From NCBI GenBank assembly GCA_965263365.1, contig OZ253672.1, forward strand, positions 622,686-686,685: DNA of 64,000 nt, written 5' to 3'. Made by a program: the position numbers and the translations under genes. Positions 47,522 through 58,239 of the stretch are shown here, piece by piece (within the stretch, counting starts at the first letter, position 1; every line of letters starts with the position of its first letter). The stretch is from Paracoccaceae bacterium. Its GTDB lineage: Bacteria > Pseudomonadota > Alphaproteobacteria > Rhodobacterales > Rhodobacteraceae. The notes under the pieces were generated by a model. The model was not told the origin of the DNA, ran no database searches, and saw nothing but the letters and a program-made list of their open reading frames with translations.

Positions 47522-48358
47522 CTACTCGTTTTCTTTATAAACTTCCGCATATTGTTGAGCAGAAAGGACGATCTTGTCATCGGGATCTCCAACAACTTCA
47601 TGATCCTTGCCGTCATAATCAATCATGCTTAAAAAATATGTCATTGCATTGAGGCGTGCGCGCTTCTTATCGTTGGATTTGATAACAGTCCAAGGCGCAT
47701 CGACGGTGTCCGTATAGAAAAACATAGCTTCCTTTGCCTTGGTATATTCCTTCCATTTATCAAGTGAAGCGAGATCGATGGGAGATAATTTCCATTGTTT
47801 GAGCGGATCAGTTTCGCGCGCTTTGAAGCGACGAAGTTGTTCTTCTTGAGTCACTGAGAACCAAAATTTAAAAAATATTGTTCCTTCTCGAACGAGCATC
47901 CTTTCAAATTCAGGTGTTTGTCGCATAAATTCATCATATTGACTGTCATTACAAAACCCCATGACGCGTTCAACACCAGCACGGTTGTACCATGAGCGGT
48001 CAAAGAGAACAATTTCGCCAGCAGTTGGAAGGTGATCAATATAGCGTTGATAATACCATTGGCCTTGTTCAGTCTTGGTCGGTTTTTCAAGAGCTACAAC
48101 GCGAGAGGAACGCGGGTTGAGGTGCTCGGTGAAGCGTTTGATTGTGCCGCCTTTGCCTGCGGCATCTCTACCTTCAAAAAGAACTACAATTTTTTTTCCA
48201 TGCGCTTTCGCCCATTTTTGAACTTTGAGAAGTTCAATTTGAAGTTCGCGTTTACGGGCTTCATAAGCTTTTTGTTTCACTTTTTCAAAATAGGGAAATA
48301 GGCCAGCGTCATAAGCGGCCTTAAGGAATTGATCGGGCTTCGTCGCTAGTTTCGTCAT
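47522..48358 (-). CDS. ppk2: polyphosphate kinase 2
   Basis: GRDAAGKGGTIKR (Walker A-like), FDRSWYNRAGVERVMGF, and a lid region. Size of 278 aa is typical of single-domain PPK2. Confidence 0.9.
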   Translation of the reverse strand: MTKLATKPDQFLKAAYDAGLFPYFEKVKQKAYEARKRELQIELLKVQKWAKAHGKKIVVLFEGRDAAGKGGTIKRFTEHLNPRSSRVVALEKPTKTEQGQWYYQRYIDHLPTAGEIVLFDRSWYNRAGVERVMGFCNDSQYDEFMRQTPEFERMLVREGTIFFKFWFSVTQEEQLRRFKARETDPLKQWKLSPIDLASLDKWKEYTKAKEAMFFYTDTVDAPWTVIKSNDKKRARLNAMTYFLSMIDYDGKDHEVVGDPDDKIVLSAQQYAEVYKENE

Positions 48359-48411
48359 GAATTGAGCCTAAAAATTTGAGAGTTGTCAAAGTTTGTCTAC
48401 AGTAAAGTAAT

Positions 48412-48439
48412 AAAAAAGGGCTGGATTGACAACCCAGCC
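48412..48439 (-). terminator. rho-independent terminator after ssb
   Basis: On the minus strand: GGCTGGG-loop-CCAGCC(C) followed by TTTTTT. It begins about 30 nt past the ssb stop. Confidence 0.65.
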
Positions 48440-48467
48440 GCATGTTTTGGTGCTTAAATTTTATGTC

Positions 48468-48926
48468 TTAAAATGGAATTTCGTCGTCGAAGTCTGCAGG
48501 AGCTGGCATTGAATCATTTTGCCCACCGCCTAATTGCTCGGAGGAGGCATTATTGAAACTGCCGCCATTATCGCCACGACCATCAAGCATCGTCAGCGTT
48601 GAGTTGAAACCTTGAAGTACAATCTCGGTTTGATAACGGTCTTGACCATTTTGATCCTGCCATTTGCGTGTTTGAAGTTGGCCTTCGATATAGACTTTTG
48701 AGCCTTTACGCAGATATTGCTCGGCTAAGCGTACTAGACCATCAGAAAAAATAGCAACACGGTGCCATTCGGTCTTTTCGCGCCGTTCGCCCGAATTTTT
48801 ATCCCGCCAATTTTCAGATGTCGCAATTCGCAAATTGCAAACTTTACCACCGTTATTAAACGTACGCACCTCAGGGTCCGCGCCTAAATTACCAACCAAT
48901 ATAACTTTGTTTACGCTACCGGCCAT
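48468..48926 (-). CDS. ssb: single-stranded DNA-binding protein
   Basis: [19 protein letters not shown], an OB fold, a Gly-rich linker and the acidic tail DFDDEIPF. The start is set at the internal ATG with a GAGGAG RBS. Confidence 0.96.
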   Translation of the reverse strand: MAGSVNKVILVGNLGADPEVRTFNNGGKVCNLRIATSENWRDKNSGERREKTEWHRVAIFSDGLVRLAEQYLRKGSKVYIEGQLQTRKWQDQNGQDRYQTEIVLQGFNSTLTMLDGRGDNGGSFNNASSEQLGGGQNDSMPAPADFDDEIPF

Positions 48927-49038
48927 TCGAATCTCCTCATCATAATCTACATTTTTTTGCCACTTTAAACAGGTCGCTCTAGAATCGCTAGTCAATTTCT
49001 ATTAAAAGGTATGGCTATCAAGGAAAGGTTTTTGTCGC

Positions 49039-49593
49039 GTGAATAATTCGAAACAATTTGTAAGCCCATTTTTTATATCTTTTATGTGTGTGATTGTGTT
49101 TGTTTTGAGTGCGTTCTCTGCAAAGGCAGAGGTGCGCGGTGTGCTGAATCGAAATTTACAGGAACGTCTTGGGCAGATCCATGTTGGCCAAGATTATTAT
49201 ATTGACCAAACACATGCGTTGAATCGTCCAAGATCTTCTTACGAGCCTTATGCGATCAGCGTAGCTCAAAAATACGGAATCCCGCGCGAGATATTCTTAA
49301 ACTTGATCACCGCGGAAAGCGGGTGGCATGATGGCGCACGTTCTTATGCAGGCGCAATGGGTTTGACGCAGTTGATGCCCGGAACAGCGCGATATTTGGG
49401 CGTAGACCCGTGGGACCCATATCAAAATATTGAAGGGGGTGCGCGCTATCTCGCCGAGCAATACCGCACTTTCGGATCTTGGCGGCTTGCACTCGCGGCT
49501 TACAATGCTGGACCGGGAGCGGTACAAAAATATGGCGGTGTCCCTCCCTTTCGCGAAACCCGAAACTACGTCGTAAAAATTCTTGGTTCTTAG
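49039..49593 (+). CDS. lytic transglycosylase (SLT domain) protein
   Basis: Signal/anchor sequence. The catalytic context is ITAESGWH, with [13 protein letters not shown] and AYNAGPGAV. Confidence 0.86.
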   Translation: MNNSKQFVSPFFISFMCVIVFVLSAFSAKAEVRGVLNRNLQERLGQIHVGQDYYIDQTHALNRPRSSYEPYAISVAQKYGIPREIFLNLITAESGWHDGARSYAGAMGLTQLMPGTARYLGVDPWDPYQNIEGGARYLAEQYRTFGSWRLALAAYNAGPGAVQKYGGVPPFRETRNYVVKILGS

Positions 49594-49722
49594 TTGGTTC
49601 GATGCGCAGATTTTGCTCACAAATCGAGTATACCATCAATAAATTCACCTTTTGTTCTTATTGTCCATTGCAATTTGAGATGGCTCGGTTATTGATATGG
49701 TAACTTTATATATCGTGAGAAA

Positions 49723-52563
49723 ATGGCTGATCTAAAAAATATTGAAGTACGGGGCGCGCGCGAGCACAACCTTAAAAATGTGAGTTTAGACTTGCCGCGT
49801 GATAAGCTCGTGGTCGTGACGGGGCCGTCGGGTTCTGGAAAATCTTCCTTGGCTTTCGATACAATTTATGCGGAAGGCCAGCGCCGTTATGTTGAGAGCT
49901 TATCGGCATATGCGCGGCAATTTTTAAACATGATGCAAAAGCCCGATATTGACCATATATCAGGCCTTTCGCCCGCGATTTCAATTGAGCAAAAAACAAC
50001 CTCTAAAAATCCGCGTTCGACCGTTGGAACGGTTACCGAGATTTATGACTATCTCAGATTGCTTTTTGCGCGTGTCGGCGTCCCGATCTCGCCTGCAACC
50101 GGTCTTCCGATTGAAGCGCAACAAGTGTCAGATATGGTAGACCGGATTATGCAAATGGAGACGGGTACCCGTTTTTACTTGCTTGCACCGATCGTGCGTG
50201 ACCGTAAAGGGGAATATAAAAAAGAGCTTCAGGATCTTCAAAAGCAAGGATTTGAGCGGGTTAAAATTAACGGTGCGTTTTACGATATTGGCGATGCGCC
50301 TGTTTTGGATAAGAAATTTCGGCATAATATTGATGTCGTTGTGGATCGCTTGGTTTCAAAAGAAGGAATTGAAACGCGCCTTGCAGACAGCTTGCGCACC
50401 GCGCTTGATCTTACAGACGGAATTGCGGTTGTGGAAACTGCACCTCAAGAAGGCGATGCTGAGCGCATTATCTATTCGGAAAAATTTGCGTGTCCAGTTT
50501 CAGGGTTTACAATTCCTGAAATTGAGCCGCGGCTTTTTTCTTTTAATGCGCCTTTTGGTGCTTGTCCTAGCTGTGATGGTTTGGGTGTTGAACTCTATTT
50601 CGATCCGGACTTGGTCGTTCCTGATACAAGTTTAAGTTTAATGGAAGGGGCCCTTGCTCCGTGGTCGCGCGCCTCTACACCGAGCCCATATTACCGGCAA
50701 ACGCTCGAGGCCATTGCGCGTCATTATGGTTTTGATGTGCATAAGCCTTGGAAAAATTTAAGTAAGAAAAATCAAGACATTATGCTATTTGGCTCCGGCC
50801 AAAAGGAAATTCCTTTTCGCTTTGATGAAAACGGACGTGTCTATGAAGTTACACGTAAGTTTGAGGGTGTTATTCCCAATCTCGAGCGTCGCTACCGCGA
50901 AACCGATAGCAATATGATGCGTGAACAATTTGAACGATATCAAAATAATCGACCCTGTGGTGACTGTGGCGGCTATCGCTTACGCCCTGAAGCATTGGCG
51001 GTGAAGATTGACGGGCTGCATATCGGTGAATTTGTGCGCTTTTCAATCAAAGAATCGTTAGCGTGGATCGAAAGCGTTCCTAAAAAATTGACCGCACAGC
51101 AAAATGAGATCGGGCAGGCGATATTTAAAGAAATCCGTGAACGTTTGGGCTTTCTTGCCAATGTGGGTCTTGATTATTTGGCTTTGAGCCGCGCCTCGGG
51201 AACTCTATCGGGTGGGGAAAGTCAGCGCATTCGTCTGGCCTCCCAAATCGGATCCGGACTTCAAGGCGTTTTGTATGTACTTGATGAGCCGTCAATTGGC
51301 CTTCATCAGCGCGACAATGGACGCTTGCTAACGACACTTAAAAATTTACGCGATCAAGGCAATACGGTCATTGTGGTTGAACATGATGAGGAAGCCATTC
51401 GAGCCGCTGATCATGTGGTTGATATTGGCCCTGGTGCAGGTGTTCACGGTGGCAATATTGTGGCAAGTGGATCACCAGAAGAAATCGCCGGTAATGTGGG
51501 GTCGATTACGGGGGACTATCTTGCTGGGCGCAAGGAAATTGCGGTTCCGACTGAGAGGCGAAAGGGGACTGGGAAAACCGTCTCGGTTAAAAACGCAACT
51601 GGCAATAATTTGCAGAATGTGTCGGTTGATTTTCCCCTTGGTAAGTTTGTATGCGTCACGGGCGTTTCGGGGGGTGGAAAATCAACGCTTACAATTGAAA
51701 CACTTTTTAAGACCGCCTCAATGCGTTTGAACGGTGCGAAGCAAACACCCGCGCCTTGTGACGGGGTCGAGGGTTTGCATTATCTTGATAAAGTCATTGA
51801 TATTGATCAAAGCCCGATTGGGCGCACGCCACGTTCAAACCCTGCGACATACACGGGTGCCTTTGGTCCGATTAGAGATTGGTTCGCGGGCTTGCCCGAA
51901 TCTAAGGCGCGCGGATATAAGCCAGGGCGTTTTTCATTTAACGTGAAAGGTGGGCGTTGTGAGGCTTGTCAAGGCGATGGTGTTATTAAAATCGAAATGC
52001 ATTTCTTGCCAGATGTTTATGTGACTTGTGAGAGTTGTAAGGGCAAGCGATATAATCGTGAGACGCTCGAAGTGAAGTTTAAGGGTAAATCGATTAGTGA
52101 TATTTTACATATGACGGTTGAAGAGGCTGAGGGCTTTTTTGCGGCGATGCCTGCGATTCGTGATAAGTTGACCGCTTTACGCCGCGTGGGGCTTGATTAT
52201 ATTACTGTCGGTCAACAAGCCACAACTCTATCAGGTGGGGAAGCGCAGCGTGTTAAGCTTTCAAAGGAACTCTCGAAGCGTGCGACCGGACGAACATTAT
52301 ATATTCTTGATGAACCCACCACAGGACTTCACTTTGAAGATGTGCGAAAACTTTTAGAGGTTTTACATGAGCTTGTTGAACAGGGAAATTCTGTCGTGGT
52401 GATTGAACACAATCTTGATGTGATTAAAACTGCTGATTGGATTATTGATATTGGCCCCGAGGGCGGCGATGGCGGTGGACAGATCGTGGCAGAGGGCACA
52501 CCTGAAGATGTTGCCAAAGTCAGCGAAAGCCACACGGGGCGCTATCTTAAAGGAATGCTTTGA
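49723..52563 (+). CDS. uvrA: excinuclease ABC subunit A
   Basis: 946 aa. Two ABC modules (GPSGSGKSS; GVSGGGKST), zinc modules (CPSCDGLG; CEACQGDG...CESCKG) and LSGGE signatures. Confidence 0.99.
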   Translation: MADLKNIEVRGAREHNLKNVSLDLPRDKLVVVTGPSGSGKSSLAFDTIYAEGQRRYVESLSAYARQFLNMMQKPDIDHISGLSPAISIEQKTTSKNPRSTVGTVTEIYDYLRLLFARVGVPISPATGLPIEAQQVSDMVDRIMQMETGTRFYLLAPIVRDRKGEYKKELQDLQKQGFERVKINGAFYDIGDAPVLDKKFRHNIDVVVDRLVSKEGIETRLADSLRTALDLTDGIAVVETAPQEGDAERIIYSEKFACPVSGFTIPEIEPRLFSFNAPFGACPSCDGLGVELYFDPDLVVPDTSLSLMEGALAPWSRASTPSPYYRQTLEAIARHYGFDVHKPWKNLSKKNQDIMLFGSGQKEIPFRFDENGRVYEVTRKFEGVIPNLERRYRETDSNMMREQFERYQNNRPCGDCGGYRLRPEALAVKIDGLHIGEFVRFSIKESLAWIESVPKKLTAQQNEIGQAIFKEIRERLGFLANVGLDYLALSRASGTLSGGESQRIRLASQIGSGLQGVLYVLDEPSIGLHQRDNGRLLTTLKNLRDQGNTVIVVEHDEEAIRAADHVVDIGPGAGVHGGNIVASGSPEEIAGNVGSITGDYLAGRKEIAVPTERRKGTGKTVSVKNATGNNLQNVSVDFPLGKFVCVTGVSGGGKSTLTIETLFKTASMRLNGAKQTPAPCDGVEGLHYLDKVIDIDQSPIGRTPRSNPATYTGAFGPIRDWFAGLPESKARGYKPGRFSFNVKGGRCEACQGDGVIKIEMHFLPDVYVTCESCKGKRYNRETLEVKFKGKSISDILHMTVEEAEGFFAAMPAIRDKLTALRRVGLDYITVGQQATTLSGGEAQRVKLSKELSKRATGRTLYILDEPTTGLHFEDVRKLLEVLHELVEQGNSVVVIEHNLDVIKTADWIIDIGPEGGDGGGQIVAEGTPEDVAKVSESHTGRYLKGML

Positions 52564-52564
52564 G

Positions 52565-52888
52565 TTGGAGGCAGGCGCGCAACTCATAATTTGGTTCATC
52601 GTTGCGTTGACTGCTAAGTTTTTGTCCGCGCCTTTGCATTTGATTATATGGGGCGTCAGCCTCACATTTATCTGGCACCTAGGTTTTGCATCAAGTGAGG
52701 ATGAGAATGGAGAGCCAATCAGAAGGTTGTGGCTACGAAAGCTTTATGTAATTTGCCTTTACTTTCAGCTTTCAATATTTGGCGTTACAGAGAGTTATTG
52801 GGTATCAAAACACATCCTTCGCTTTGATTATACATCAATTGCAAAAGATAGACGAAAAGACCTCGGCAATTTTCTGATCGATGAATGA
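52565..52888 (+). CDS. hypothetical small membrane protein (weak call)
   Basis: This is the part of ORF 52445..52888 lying downstream of the uvrA stop, with a possible TTG start at 52565. It has two or three hydrophobic segments. I recognise no family and see no strong RBS. Confidence 0.25.
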   Translation: MEAGAQLIIWFIVALTAKFLSAPLHLIIWGVSLTFIWHLGFASSEDENGEPIRRLWLRKLYVICLYFQLSIFGVTESYWVSKHILRFDYTSIAKDRRKDLGNFLIDE

Positions 52889-53217
52889 ACTAACTTGGCG
52901 CGCGCCATTCAATGCGCGTGCGGCGAATGGCCTTGCAATTTGGGCATTTGATACGCGGCTTCTTCCCATAGCCTTGCGCGCGGTAACGCAGGCCACCAAT
53001 CGCGCGGATATTGGTCTCAAGCGACATTCGCGGCAAATCACAATCGAGTGCTGCGATTCTTCGTTAGCTTAAATGGCTTTGCCATCGGGCCAGTATTTGA
53101 GCAGGAATAACCAGTTCAACATGTTTTCACTAAAGCACATTTTAAACAAAAATCAAAATTTCCTCTTGGCTAGTCTTTCATTGTGATCTAGGTTCTTGAA
53201 AGAATAGGGATCAAAAA

Positions 53218-53643
53218 ATGAAAACAAAAACATGGCTACAAATTGAAGGGTTGTTGGTTTTTATTTGCGCAATCTGTTACGGGTTTGCGCCTTTCTGGGA
53301 CTTAAGCTGGTTTTATATCGGGCTTTTCGTGTTTATCTTCTTTGCCTTTGATCTCTCTATGCTGGGCTACCTGATCAACCCGCGCGTCGGCGCGCATTTT
53401 TATAACCTTATCCACAGCTATACTTTGCCTATCATCATAATCGCGGCGCAGTTCGTGCTATTTGATTTCGTGACACTAACCTCGCCTTTGGATTTTTTCT
53501 TTCCGTACATACTGCCCCTATGGTTAGCGCATATCGGGTTTGATCGCATGATCGGATATGGCTTGAAAGAAACAACTTCATTTCATGACACGCATCTCGG
53601 TCGCATTGTGAGTAGATCTGATCAAAACAAACGTCTCGATTAA
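53218..53643 (+). CDS. DUF4260-like membrane protein
   Basis: LQIEGLLVF....Y......W.......FAFDLSMLGYLINPRVGAHFYNLIHSYTLP matches the DUF4260 family pattern as recalled. It has about four TM helices. Confidence 0.72.
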   Translation: MKTKTWLQIEGLLVFICAICYGFAPFWDLSWFYIGLFVFIFFAFDLSMLGYLINPRVGAHFYNLIHSYTLPIIIIAAQFVLFDFVTLTSPLDFFFPYILPLWLAHIGFDRMIGYGLKETTSFHDTHLGRIVSRSDQNKRLD

Positions 53644-53769
53644 CGACGGCATTTTCTCGCACGGTTCGTTCGTGTCTGTAACAAATCAACTTAATCGGAG
53701 TATTTTTTGTGAATTTTGACTTGCAATTTCATGTGAGCGGAAGCAAGCTGTGAAGAAAAGGAGATCGTT

Positions 53770-54213
53770 TTGCGCATATCAGATATTCTCAAGTCAAAAT
53801 CTAGTCAGGATATCATCAGTATTTCACCAAAAAGTAGTATTGCAACGGCGGCTGAGATGTTGTCTGAGCGAAGGATTGGTTCACTCATTGTGTCTAATGA
53901 CGGCGGCAAAACACTCACAGGAATTTTGTCTGAGCGCGATATTGTTCGTCGTTTGGGAACATCGGGTCCAGAATGCATGGAGCTTGAGGTTGCTGAGCTG
54001 ATGACTGCCAATGTTAAGACGATTGAAGTCGATGCAGCTTCACAAAAGGCGCTTGAAATTATGACTGAGGGTAAGTTTCGCCATATGCCTGTTGTTGAGG
54101 GGGGGGAAATTATCGGGATGATTTCGATCGGCGATGTTGTCGCCGCAAGGTTGAAGCAAATTGAAAATGAAAATGCGGCTCTCAATGACATGATTTCTGG
54201 AGCTGCTTATTAG
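53770..54213 (+). CDS. CBS domain pair protein
   Basis: Two CBS repeats (..IGSLIVSNDG.LTGILSERDIVR.. and ..FRHMPVVEGGEIIGMISIGDVV..). TTG start preceded by an AAAGGAG RBS. Confidence 0.9.
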   Translation: MRISDILKSKSSQDIISISPKSSIATAAEMLSERRIGSLIVSNDGGKTLTGILSERDIVRRLGTSGPECMELEVAELMTANVKTIEVDAASQKALEIMTEGKFRHMPVVEGGEIIGMISIGDVVAARLKQIENENAALNDMISGAAY

Positions 54214-54286
54214 TTTGGCATTGAACTCGTGATCTCCTCCCTTTAGGGTGCGATTTGTTTTTAGGCTTAAGAATTGGGAGTCTGAT

Positions 54287-54787
54287 TTGCCGAAAAGAAT
54301 AGGATTATATCCGGGCACATTTGATCCCGTTACGCTCGGACATCGTGATATCATTCATCGCGCGGCTGCGATCGTTGATGAATTGGTGATCGCAGTTGCG
54401 ATTAATCGTGATAAAAAACCATTATTTTCACTAGAAGAGCGACATGAAATGATGTCGCGGGTTGCTGAAGAAGTGCAATCTGAAACAGAATGTGTTGTCC
54501 GTGTCGTTCCGTTCGAAAATTTACTTGTCGATTTTGCGAAAGCGCATAATGCAAATTTGCTCATTCGCGGGCTAAGGGCGGTTTCTGATTTTGAATATGA
54601 ATATCAGATGGTTGGAATGAATAGAGCGCTTGATCCTGAGCTCGAAACAGTTTTTTTGATGTCTGACGGAAAATATCAAGCCATTGCATCAAGACTCGTG
54701 AAAGAAATAGCGCGCCTCGGAGGACAAGTCACAAATTTTGTGTCTCCGCATGTTGAAAAAGCGCTCAAAGCCAAATTTGTTAAATAG
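54287..54787 (+). CDS. coaD: pantetheine-phosphate adenylyltransferase
   Basis: GLYPGTFDPVTLGHRDII and RGLRAVSDFEYE motifs. TTG start 54287 is preceded by a GGGAG RBS. The ORF-track start 54248 adds 13 non-conserved residues. Confidence 0.93.
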   Translation: MPKRIGLYPGTFDPVTLGHRDIIHRAAAIVDELVIAVAINRDKKPLFSLEERHEMMSRVAEEVQSETECVVRVVPFENLLVDFAKAHNANLLIRGLRAVSDFEYEYQMVGMNRALDPELETVFLMSDGKYQAIASRLVKEIARLGGQVTNFVSPHVEKALKAKFVK

Positions 54788-54808
54788 TTTTTATAAATAG
54801 AGGAAAAA

Positions 54809-55300
54809 ATGTCAGAGAATTTACGTATTCAACTCAAAGATGGGGATGTAGTGATTTCACTACTTGAAAAATCAGCGCCAGAACATGTTGCGCGCATTAA
54901 GACGCTTGCGCAAGAAGGGTCTTATGACAATGTCGCTTTTCACCGTGTCATTGATGGCTTTATGGCGCAAACAGGCGATGTAGAGCACGGGAATATGGAA
55001 AACGATTATAATGCGGCGCGGGCGGGGACTGGAGGCTCAAAGCTTCCTAATGTTAGAGCCGAGTTCTCGAATTTACCTTTTGAAAGAGGGACGTGCGGTA
55101 TGGCACGCGCGATGGATCCCAATAGCGCTAATTCTCAATTTTTTATCATGTTTCAGGAAGGACATTTCCTAAATGGTCAATATACCGTCTGGGGACAAGT
55201 AACCAAAGGGATGGAATTTGTTGACAAGATCACGCGTGGGGAGCCGCCTGCCAGCCCTGACCGGATGATAAAAGTGACAGTGGAGCCTTCGGATGCGTAA
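54809..55300 (+). CDS. ppiB: peptidylprolyl isomerase, cyclophilin type (cytoplasmic)
   Basis: FHRVIDGFMAQTGD and NSANSQFFIMF. No signal peptide. Confidence 0.93.
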   Translation: MSENLRIQLKDGDVVISLLEKSAPEHVARIKTLAQEGSYDNVAFHRVIDGFMAQTGDVEHGNMENDYNAARAGTGGSKLPNVRAEFSNLPFERGTCGMARAMDPNSANSQFFIMFQEGHFLNGQYTVWGQVTKGMEFVDKITRGEPPASPDRMIKVTVEPSDA

Positions 55301-55853
55301 ATTAATTTCCGCTTTGCTGTGTTGTGTCAGTTTTGGAATCAGTGCTGAGCCTTATCTTGTACTGACCATTGAAGGTGAGGCTTCGGGTGAGGTCGTGATT
55401 AATTTGAGACCTGATCTTGCCCCTAAACATGTTGAACGCGTGATTGAGCTATCTCAAACCGGTGCTTACGACAATGTTGTTTTTCACCGTGTGATCGAAG
55501 GTTTTATGGCGCAAACAGGCGATGTTGAGCACGGTGTCGTTGGTGGTAACATTAATTTAGCGGGAACGGGAGGATCTGATCTTCCCGATTTGCCAGCAGA
55601 GTTCTCAAATCAAGCTTTCGATAAGGGTGTTGTGGGCATGGCGCGTTCAAGTGCACCGAATAGCGCAAATTCGCAGTTTTTTATTATGTTTGAAGATGGG
55701 CATTTTTTGAACAACCAGTATACTGTTTTTGGCGAAGTTGTCGAAGGGCAGGCGGTCGTTGATGCGATTAAAAAAGGGGATTCTGGGCAAAATGGTGCGA
55801 TCCAAGGTGATCCCGATTTTATCGCAAAGGCGGTCATTGTAGATTCGCTTTAA
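55293..55853 (+). CDS. ppiA: peptidylprolyl isomerase, cyclophilin type (periplasmic)
   Basis: Signal peptide MRKLISALLCCVSFGISA, then FHRVIEGFMAQTGD and NSANSQFFIMF. It is a paralogue of the preceding gene. Confidence 0.9.
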   Translation: MRKLISALLCCVSFGISAEPYLVLTIEGEASGEVVINLRPDLAPKHVERVIELSQTGAYDNVVFHRVIEGFMAQTGDVEHGVVGGNINLAGTGGSDLPDLPAEFSNQAFDKGVVGMARSSAPNSANSQFFIMFEDGHFLNNQYTVFGEVVEGQAVVDAIKKGDSGQNGAIQGDPDFIAKAVIVDSL

Positions 55854-55887
55854 TCCTCAAAATAGTGAAGGTTAATTTAGAAAAAGA

Positions 55888-56295
55888 TTGGAGATTGTGA
55901 TGATCGTTGCCCCTTTTGTAAGTTTGCTGATCCTGCTCGGGGTCGTCTTGTCTTTTCGTGTCATTTTTGTGCGAAGAGATGAAAAAATATTGCTTGGAGA
56001 GGGCGATAGCGATAAGTTGATAAAGCGTTCCCGTGCGTTTGGAAATTATAGTGAATATACACCGCTCATAATCGCGGTTTGGATCATAGCGGAGCTTCAA
56101 GAAACGTCGGGTATTTTGCTGTATCTGTTAGCAGTCACAGGTCTGGTAGGGCGCGCGTTACACGCCTATTCGTTTTATGAAGGCCTTGAAGTGTCAGGGC
56201 ATTACCGGTTCCGTCGTTTAGGAATGATGCTGACTTTCTTCACGCTTGCTTTCGGGGCGATCGTCGTATTTATTGGATCTCTGGGTATCTTCTAA
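55888..56295 (+). CDS. MAPEG family membrane protein
   Basis: 135 aa. R..FGNYSEYTPL......ELQ and GRALHAYSF are MAPEG-type motifs. There are four hydrophobic helices. The start is TTG 55888 or ATG 55900. Confidence 0.78.
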   Translation: MEIVMIVAPFVSLLILLGVVLSFRVIFVRRDEKILLGEGDSDKLIKRSRAFGNYSEYTPLIIAVWIIAELQETSGILLYLLAVTGLVGRALHAYSFYEGLEVSGHYRFRRLGMMLTFFTLAFGAIVVFIGSLGIF

Positions 56296-56889
56296 GACAT
56301 CAGGAGCGTTCAACTTTACTGAATTCTCGCGATCAAAATATTCTTCTTTAAGGCCCTCGATGAGCGCTTTGGGGCCAAGTCCTGTGTGCAACAGTAGTCC
56401 GAAAAAGCTTAAAGCAACAAAGAGCCAGCCCCATATCCCCATCGCTTCTGACAAATTTTGAACATTCAAAATCACGCCGATAAACAATAAAAACCAAGCA
56501 AAATTTGCGACGCCGCGCATGCCAACCCATGCCAATACGATTGCCCCAATGACAAGAGCGACCTTTATCGTTGTAAAAAGCCCGTCTCCGATCACGATCT
56601 GAATGAGACTCGAGAAAATGAAAAACATTACAAAGGCGGAAACGAGATTATATATTGAAAATTGAAACTTTAATATGCCTCTTAAGTAAAGGGGCACAAG
56701 AAGTCCGATTCCTAAAAAACCAGAAAGTAGTCCGGGCGTGATTCGCATTTCTTTGGTGAAGAAAAACAGATAACTGCCTTCAAAACGTCCAAATAATGCG
56801 ATCGCCGCCGCGCCGAAGAGGGCACATAAAGCAAGGAGGCGCTTCGAGGTTTGAGGGATAGGCTCATCACTTAAAAACTTAGAAAACAA
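56218..56889 (-). CDS. hypothetical polytopic membrane protein
   Basis: 223-aa ORF with about six hydrophobic helices. TTG start lies 1 nt after the tyrS stop. The hydrophilic tail overlaps the convergent MAPEG gene by 78 nt. I recognise no family. Confidence 0.5.
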   Translation of the reverse strand: MFSKFLSDEPIPQTSKRLLALCALFGAAAIALFGRFEGSYLFFFTKEMRITPGLLSGFLGIGLLVPLYLRGILKFQFSIYNLVSAFVMFFIFSSLIQIVIGDGLFTTIKVALVIGAIVLAWVGMRGVANFAWFLLFIGVILNVQNLSEAMGIWGWLFVALSFFGLLLHTGLGPKALIEGLKEEYFDRENSVKLNAPDVLEDTQRSNKYDDRPESKREESQHHS

Positions 56890-56890
56890 T

Positions 56891-58141
56891 TTAGTCTCCG
56901 ATTTTCACGATCGCATGACGCTTTTTTCCAGCCGAGATTTTCATGCCTTGACCAATTTGATCTGCAGATAATTTTAATAGAGGGTCAGAAATTTTTTTAT
57001 CGTCAATTTTGGCGGCTCCATCTTGTATGAGACGCCGTGCTTTAGAATTACTTTCAGCCAGACCAGCTTCAACAAATAACGCTGTGATCGCAAATTCAGC
57101 GCCGCTCACAACTACTGTGGGCAAGTCATCACCTACGCCCCCTTTCTCAAAAACCTCACGGGCAGTCAATTCAGCAGCGGCCGCTGCGGCTTCGCCGTGA
57201 CATAATTTAGTTACTTCATTCGCTAAAATGACTTTCGCAGCATTGATTTCACTGCCTTCAAGCTTTCCTAAGCGTTTACATTCTTCGACGGGAAGTTCCG
57301 TGAATAATTTTAAGAATTTGCCCGTGTCAGCGTCGGTTGTGTTGCGCCAAAATTGCCAAAATTCGTAGGGTGAGAGCATTTCTGCATTTAACCAGACCGC
57401 GCCGCCTTGAGATTTGCCCATTTTTTTACCGTCTGATGTTGTCAATAGCGGCGTGGTTAATCCAAATACGCTTGCGTCCATTTTGCGACGAGACAATTCA
57501 ATTCCATTGACGATATTTCCCCATTGATCCGAACCGCCCATCTGAAGCAAGCAGCCGTATCTGTTATAGAGTTCCATGAAGTCATAGGCTTGAAGGATCA
57601 TATAATTGAATTCTAAAAATGAGAGTGACTGCTCGCGATCAATGCGTGACTTGACGCTTTCAAAACTCAACATTCGATTAACCGAGAAATGGCGACCGAT
57701 ATCGCGCAAAAATTCAAGATAATTGAGATCATCAAGCCATTCTGCGTTATTGAGCATCAAAGCACGATTTTCGCCGCTATCATAGTTTAAGTACTTCGCA
57801 AAAACAGACTTCATTGAATTAATATTTGACTTGATATGTGTGTCGTCGAGTAGGGGACGCTCATCGGAACGGAAGGAAGGATCGCCAACTTTGGTTGTAC
57901 CTCCCCCCATGAGTGTGATTGGCTGATGCCCGCATTTTTGAAGCCATCTAAGGATCATAATGTTCATCAAATGCCCGACATGGAGTGATTTTGCCGTTGC
58001 GTCATAGCCGATATAAGCGGACAGAATCCCTTTGTTTAGGGCTTGATCCAGCGCTTCAAGATGTGTGCAGTCATTATAAAAGCCACGCTCAATCATCACA
58101 TTTAGAAAGTCTGACTTGGGGATATAGTTTTGCGTGGTCAT
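56891..58141 (-). CDS. tyrS: tyrosine--tRNA ligase
   Basis: The HIGH motif appears as LHVGHL and the KMSKS motif as KMGKS. A C-terminal S4-like domain is present. Confidence 0.98.
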   Translation of the reverse strand: MTTQNYIPKSDFLNVMIERGFYNDCTHLEALDQALNKGILSAYIGYDATAKSLHVGHLMNIMILRWLQKCGHQPITLMGGGTTKVGDPSFRSDERPLLDDTHIKSNINSMKSVFAKYLNYDSGENRALMLNNAEWLDDLNYLEFLRDIGRHFSVNRMLSFESVKSRIDREQSLSFLEFNYMILQAYDFMELYNRYGCLLQMGGSDQWGNIVNGIELSRRKMDASVFGLTTPLLTTSDGKKMGKSQGGAVWLNAEMLSPYEFWQFWRNTTDADTGKFLKLFTELPVEECKRLGKLEGSEINAAKVILANEVTKLCHGEAAAAAAELTAREVFEKGGVGDDLPTVVVSGAEFAITALFVEAGLAESNSKARRLIQDGAAKIDDKKISDPLLKLSADQIGQGMKISAGKKRHAIVKIGD

Positions 58142-58239
58142 TTGATTCTCTTCATTTTTTAGATATTTTCTTCTAAGGGCGCAGGCGTAAAATGTGAAGC
58201 CCGACTTGCACTTAGATAGAGCAAGGTTATAGTTGCGGC

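Noticed and set aside
49594-49722. A LexA box upstream of uvrA (GTTCttattgtCC near 49673). I also looked upstream of ssb.
   Set aside because: The second half-site does not match GTTC at the N7 spacing. No exact GTTC-N7-GTTC or GAAC-N7-GAAC is present in either leader.
52445-52564. The 5' part of ORF 52445..52888, which overlaps the end of uvrA.
   Set aside because: This part is out of frame inside the conserved uvrA C-terminus. Only the portion after the uvrA stop was kept, as a low-confidence hypothetical.
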